Virus record (IMG/VR): IMGVR_UViG_3300027779_003464
Coordinates: 54,608 to 118,607 of that record
Strand: one strand, 5' to 3'
Length of the DNA: 64,000 nt
Source of the DNA: a virus
Shown: positions 60,088 to 64,000 of the stretch, piece after piece
How the letters are laid out: each line of letters opens with the position of its first letter
Numbering within the stretch: position 1 is the first letter of the stretch
Notes under the pieces: generated by a model
Databases searched by the model: none
The model's input: only the letters and a program-made list of their open reading frames with translations
Told to the model about the DNA's origin: nothing
Made by a program: the position numbers and the translations under genes

Positions 60088-60117
60088 GCTTTATTATATT
60101 AAATTAATAATTAGTTA

Positions 60118-60321
60118 CTACGGAGTTGATGTGGTATCTGCCTCTTCATTGGCTTCATTCCAACCTTCTACCATATAATCAATAGTTTGCTTAGTTGATT
60201 TAGCGCCTTCCTTAACTATATTATAAGGTTCTCCTTTTTCTTTTGAATCGTAATATCCTCCAATAGCACCTATTAGTATAACCAAGAGAATAATAGAAAT
60301 AATGTCTTTAAGTATTTTCAT
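60118..60321 (-). CDS. small membrane-anchored protein
   Basis: N-term TM helix; stop codon within a CTACGGAGT motif. Confidence 0.55.
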   Translation of the reverse strand: MKILKDIISIILLVILIGAIGGYYDSKEKGEPYNIVKEGAKSTKQTIDYMVEGWNEANEEADTTSTP

Positions 60322-60578
60322 CTTTTATTATTTTTAGATTGACGGTACAAGGTTTCCGCTTTGCCTAAGTTACCGTTTGCCGTAATGATGGCTCCTAATT
60401 CTACAGAAAAATTCTTCTTAAAGAAACTAATTGTTTTAGAATCTGTAGGATGTAGTATATAAGGAATGCATCCATATAACGAGGTTAATCTATCGGATAT
60501 TCCCATTCGTTTAAGCTTTTTGCGTACTCTATCAGTAGCGCCAATTTTAATTAATGTATCTATTTCAGTTGCTTTCAT
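60318..60578 (-). CDS. hypothetical protein
   Basis: Coupled ORF. Confidence 0.5.
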   Translation of the reverse strand: MKATEIDTLIKIGATDRVRKKLKRMGISDRLTSLYGCIPYILHPTDSKTISFFKKNFSVELGAIITANGNLGKAETLYRQSKNNKR

Positions 60579-60769
60579 ATGTTATTAAATTTTTTAGCTT
60601 CGTTAATCAATTCCTTTGCGTTAGATTTAACTAACTTAATATCATACTGAAGCTCGTGAAAATGTGATTTGAAATAATTAACCACATCTCGAATAGTCAT
60701 CTGTCCAGACTCTGCAATACGTTCTCTAATTTGAGATTCCGTAAATTTTACTATCATAATTTCTGCCAT
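60575..60769 (-). CDS. hypothetical protein
   Basis: Start MAEIM downstream of an early promoter. Confidence 0.5.
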   Translation of the reverse strand: MAEIMIVKFTESQIRERIAESGQMTIRDVVNYFKSHFHELQYDIKLVKSNAKELINEAKKFNNI

Positions 60770-60844
60770 GTTAAATTGTTTTAAGTTATTATAGTACAAA
60801 TATAGAAATAATAATTGGGATAAAAAAATCCTGGCGAACTTTTT

Positions 60845-61369
60845 TTAACAAAAGATTACTAATCCTTTATCTGATGCTATCTTCAGCGCGCTCATCCATT
60901 CATTATACTTATCAATATAGTATATAGAATCCTCACTATCATCGCAGTTCTCCTTAACATATTTCTTAAAGATAGTTTTATACTCTTTAAAGTCTCTGTA
61001 TAATTCAGCCGCTACGGAGTAACATATAGTTCCTTCACAATCTGAAAAATCTATTAAAGCTCCAAATGCTTCGCTCCCCCAGTATCTACCTGATGACCAG
61101 AAGTCGTCTGCACTTATACCATGTATTGCTTTACATAATATATCTCTAAATTGATTATATCCACGATAGCTACCTGCTCTAAAACTACCTTCAACGGATT
61201 CTGCAGTAAGATATACTTTTCCCATACCGTTTGTTAGTGGAAAAGAGTGGCATCTTTCCTTAAAATCGTCGCCAACTCCGAACGTAAATTCTTCAAACAG
61301 CTCGCTGCCTAAACCTAATAGTTCGTCCGATGTTTTGACTTTACTTATATACATAATATCTAGTCCCAT
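60845..61369 (-). CDS. conserved hypothetical phage protein
   Basis: MGLDI..., GSY.GYN.FR, LI.FSDCEG.I motifs. Confidence 0.7.
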   Translation of the reverse strand: MGLDIMYISKVKTSDELLGLGSELFEEFTFGVGDDFKERCHSFPLTNGMGKVYLTAESVEGSFRAGSYRGYNQFRDILCKAIHGISADDFWSSGRYWGSEAFGALIDFSDCEGTICYSVAAELYRDFKEYKTIFKKYVKENCDDSEDSIYYIDKYNEWMSALKIASDKGLVIFC

Positions 61370-61620
61370 TATTCTGGAAGGTATATAGGTTCAACGGCAG
61401 ACACAGATCTCCATGAGTTCTTCTTTAAATCGAAGTATGGAACTTGTTTTGAAGATGATTTTCCTGTACCTTTAGGATGGTCATCTAGAGGAACTAACTC
61501 CATGTTAGTGGTCCCCAAGGCAATCCTTAGGTTCCCGTCCTTCTTCCTAAATGCGAATTGAATTGTTCCTTTAGTAAGTCTTTCCCGTAATGCTGAGGGT
61601 GAAATAGGTTCTAATACCAT
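61369..61620 (-). CDS. SH3 beta-barrel (WYL_2/DUF2693-like) protein
   Basis: L..G...F.F.KKDG..R.A.GT ... YFDL.K..WRS. Confidence 0.8.
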   Translation of the reverse strand: MVLEPISPSALRERLTKGTIQFAFRKKDGNLRIALGTTNMELVPLDDHPKGTGKSSSKQVPYFDLKKNSWRSVSAVEPIYLPE

Positions 61621-61842
61621 AATATTTGTTTTTAATTGTTAGTTAATTATTATAGAGTAAATATACTAAAAATTACTGACATAAAAAAATTATTTCACAC
61701 TTTTTTTGAAAATAGTTTCGAGCCAACAAGCAACTCGCATGCCAAATTTGGCACAAGTTAGAGTTCGCTCAGAAGCCGAGCGAACATTACATTATCCGCC
61801 GAGGATTAACCTAAATCCAAGTTCGCCCCAGGAATCGAGCAT

Positions 61843-61867
61843 AAAAAAAGGGAAACCGAAGTTCCCC
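61843..61867 (-). terminator. intrinsic terminator
   Basis: GGGGAAC-UUCG-GUUUCCC followed by U7. Confidence 0.85.
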
Positions 61868-61892
61868 TTTTAAAATTAGACTTAGACTAGAG

Positions 61893-62162
61893 TTACGCCT
61901 TTGGTGTTGTTAAAACGTTTTTCATATTACTAGTTTGAAAATCTTTGATTACTTTAAAGTTTTTCTTTCTGTTACGTGTCGTATTGTACGCGACATTAAG
62001 AATCCTTTCGTTAGTTGATTTTCCTTCAATTACTGACTTAACAGTAGTTGAACTCATTCCAACCTTCTTTGCAATCTTAGACATATCTCCGTGTCTAAGT
62101 CTTGAGTTTACCACAACAAGTTTCTGAACTGGTTGTAATTTGGTGTAAGTTGTTTTTGACAT
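61893..62162 (-). CDS. small basic HTH DNA-binding protein
   Basis: LRHGDMSKIAKKVGMSSTTVKSVIEG; has its own AAACC-N16-TATAA promoter and terminator. Confidence 0.7.
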   Translation of the reverse strand: MSKTTYTKLQPVQKLVVVNSRLRHGDMSKIAKKVGMSSTTVKSVIEGKSTNERILNVAYNTTRNRKKNFKVIKDFQTSNMKNVLTTPKA

Positions 62163-62399
62163 ATATTATAAGTATTTAATTTATATTTTTATACCTTATA
62201 ATTACAAATGGTTTTAGCGAAACAGGCTAAAAACGCATTTATCTAATAAAAATAATGAACCTATTGCTAATACACTTGCTATTAAAATAGATCCAAAGAA
62301 AGATAAGGATATTACAAATACAAAGTTTATACATACTAGAAGTACAAATAGTTTAAATACAATTAATGCTAATTTTTTCATTGTTTAATTTTTAAGTTA

Positions 62400-62588
62400 T
62401 TATTCATTTAATGCTACAAATTCTCTTGCTAATTCTAATAGCGTCTTAGCAGACTCTATTTCAGAGTCGCTGGTATCAGTACAACGCTCTAGTTCATCTA
62501 CCCTTGTGTTTCGAAGGTCTCCACTATTCATGCAATCGCTGAAGTCAGTGGCTGTATTTTCAATTCTACAATAGCTCATATTTCCCAT
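62400..62588 (-). CDS. conserved small phage protein
   Basis: MGNMSYCRIENT..D..DC motif. Confidence 0.65.
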   Translation of the reverse strand: MGNMSYCRIENTATDFSDCMNSGDLRNTRVDELERCTDTSDSEIESAKTLLELAREFVALNE

Positions 62589-62741
62589 GTTGATTTAATT
62601 TAAAGGTTATTAATTAATTATAATACAAATATAGAAATAATATTTGACATAAAAAAACTTTTACGCATTTATTTTATAATAAATTCAGAGCGAACCCGGC
62701 GCGGTAACCGGAAATGCTTGTTGGCTCTAGAAATAAGACAT

Positions 62742-62766
62742 AAAAAAACCCTACAAAAGTAGGGTT
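62742..62766 (-). terminator. intrinsic terminator
   Basis: AACCCUAC-UUUU-GUAGGGUU followed by a U tract. Confidence 0.8.
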
Positions 62767-63067
62767 AAAAAGAAAAGAGAGTCCATCGAACTGAGTACAT
62801 TGTTTTCGTCGGTCTTCCAGTACTGCTTAGTATCAGGACTCTCTAATCTATTTTTATCTTCTATACGTAATTAATAGTTCTTTAGCTACCTGTAGTGTAA
62901 TCTCATTCTCACTATATAGTCTCCATATTAGTCTTGCCATTTTTATTTAATTTTATTTCTTTTTATATTTGTTTTACAAAAGGACCAAACTTTAGGTAAT
63001 TACTCCCAAGTCGGTCCTTTGCACCGTAACCCAAGTGATATCCCATGGTTACAGAGCTCTTAATATC

Positions 63068-63439
63068 TTATTCTAATACATCTAATACTTTTTTTGGTTG
63101 ATATCCTTGGTTACTTTTTACAACCCAGTCTCCATCTTTATTATACAGATATGCGTATTCTTCCCAATCATATGCTTCTTCCCAATAAGTATCCGCATCT
63201 GTATGAACAGTAGGTACTTCTCTTTTTTCTCCTCTTGACTTACCATACTTTTCATAATAAGCTTCATCTACTGTTGACCTACTTCCTTCATTTAAAAATT
63301 CCTCTACTTCATCAGATGAGGTAAATTCTTGATTTAATAAGTCATTACCGACTCCGCTTGGATAACCATCCCAGTGACAGTACACTGATTTTACGGTTCC
63401 ATCGTTTAATTCTACTGCAATTCTTGATCTCGTTGACAT
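63068..63439 (-). CDS. conserved hypothetical phage protein
   Basis: MSTRSRI...SVYCHWDGYP.GVG..L; EEYAYLY...W. Confidence 0.75.
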   Translation of the reverse strand: MSTRSRIAVELNDGTVKSVYCHWDGYPSGVGNDLLNQEFTSSDEVEEFLNEGSRSTVDEAYYEKYGKSRGEKREVPTVHTDADTYWEEAYDWEEYAYLYNKDGDWVVKSNQGYQPKKVLDVLE

Positions 63440-63745
63440 AATTTATTTGTTTTAAAAGGTTATTGTTATTAATTATAATACAAATATAGACAAAATTATT
63501 GGGATAAAAAAACTTTTATTCATTTATTTTCCTCTGTAATTTTAATATAACCATCACCAGAATAACCATATCCTGCCCATTTATTTCTTTGTTCCTCAGT
63601 TAACATTTGTGCCAATGAATCAATATCGTCAATTGACATACTATCTATTTCTTTTGCTGTATACATATTAAATTGTTTTAAGTTATTATAGTACAAATAT
63701 AGAAATAATTCTTGACATAAAAAAATTATTTCACACTTAATTTAA

Positions 63746-63979
63746 TCATAATTCAACAGGGCAATACTCGTTTGCTAGTTCTATAACTTCATCCATATCT
63801 AATATCATATCTGCTTCATCTTCGCAAAATCCCCAGATTCCGTTATTTCTTATTTGATAATAAGTAATACTACTTAATTCTACTTTATTAATTAGAGCGC
63901 CATAATCCGCTAGGTTAGATAACGCTTGTTCTAAAAGAGTTTCTGTCGTTGGAATGTTGCTGCCATTTAATTTTTCCAT
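63746..63979 (-). CDS. hypothetical protein
   Basis: 77 aa ORF in the early array. Confidence 0.5.
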   Translation of the reverse strand: MEKLNGSNIPTTETLLEQALSNLADYGALINKVELSSITYYQIRNNGIWGFCEDEADMILDMDEVIELANEYCPVEL

Positions 63980-64000
63980 GTTTATTATTTTAAGTTATTA

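Larger units (their letters stand above)
51800..61020 (+). repeat. co-oriented dispersed 9-mer CTACGGAGT (10 copies)
   Basis: At 51800, 52155, 52369, 52712, 54571, 55429, 57428, 58493, 60118, 61012; not noticed elsewhere in the window. Confidence 0.92.
53145..62727. repeat. intergenic octamer GAGC(C/G)AAC / GTT(C/G)GCTC clusters
   Basis: At 53145, 53198, 53243, 56322, 56378, 61720, 61763, 61778, 61821 (1 mismatch), 62688, 62720; also 52265. Confidence 0.85.
55683..63725 (-). promoter_or_regulatory. 10 copies of an early (host sigma-type) promoter, TTTTTAT(G/C)(T/C)CA-N~11-TATATTT(G/A)
   Basis: Copies at about 55683, 56207, 56801, 57756, 58764, 60797, 61657, 62626, 63481, 63694, each just upstream of a minus-strand ATG; TATATTTG matches the Bacteroidota -7 element TAnnTTTG. 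Confidence 0.8.

Noticed and set aside
51800-61020. CTACGG as a cUACGg RNA tetraloop explanation of the 9-mer
   Set aside because: The flanking bases do not extend a stem around UACG, and most copies lie on the non-transcribed strand of minus-strand genes.
62776-62844. Hammerhead ribozyme
   Set aside because: The minus strand has CTGATA and GAAA but not the CUGAnGA core or a three-stem arrangement.
1-64000. Stop-codon reassignment (as in Lak or some crAss-like phages)
   Set aside because: Conserved genes are full length in code 11, TAG and TGA terminate genes at plausible positions (e.g. 10680, 52 kb region neighbours 57428 and 60118, 27095), and coding density is high.
1-64000. tRNA/tmRNA/rRNA genes
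   Set aside because: No cloverleaf with a GTTCRA T-loop and acceptor stem was recognised by eye, and the GTTCGCTC octamers are not in a tRNA context. tRNAscan/ARAGORN were not run.

Overview
This AT-rich window (roughly 28-30% GC by eye, standard genetic code) is a segment of a large T4-like myovirus (jumbo/huge phage). The host is most likely a Bacteroidota/Flavobacteriia bacterium, judged from TAnnTTTG-type promoters, A-rich translation starts without Shine-Dalgarno motifs, and a T9SS cargo gene. It falls into three zones. (1) 0-36.6 kb holds virion and replication genes: baseplate cluster, gp5-, gp25-, gp13-, gp4- and gp2-like proteins, portal, primase, a C-terminal half PolB, PhoH, and many proteins with a T4-like capsid-targeting motif. 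(2) 36.6-48.5 kb is a + strand array of small accessory genes (epimerase, tpx, gmk, thyX, two nucleases), many joined by an 18-bp junction motif AAACCAAAACAAAGATGA. (3) 48.5-64 kb is a mostly minus-strand early region with 10 copies of a host-type promoter, a sigma factor, a RadA-like ATPase and an IS607-type serine recombinase that lacks its catalytic Ser. The most unusual signals are at DNA level: 10 co-oriented copies of CTACGGAGT confined to 51.8-61.0 kb regardless of gene strand or frame, an octamer GAGC(C/G)AAC at a fixed spacing behind four intrinsic terminators, and the cassette-junction repeat. All protein calls come from motif recognition by eye; no database searches were run.
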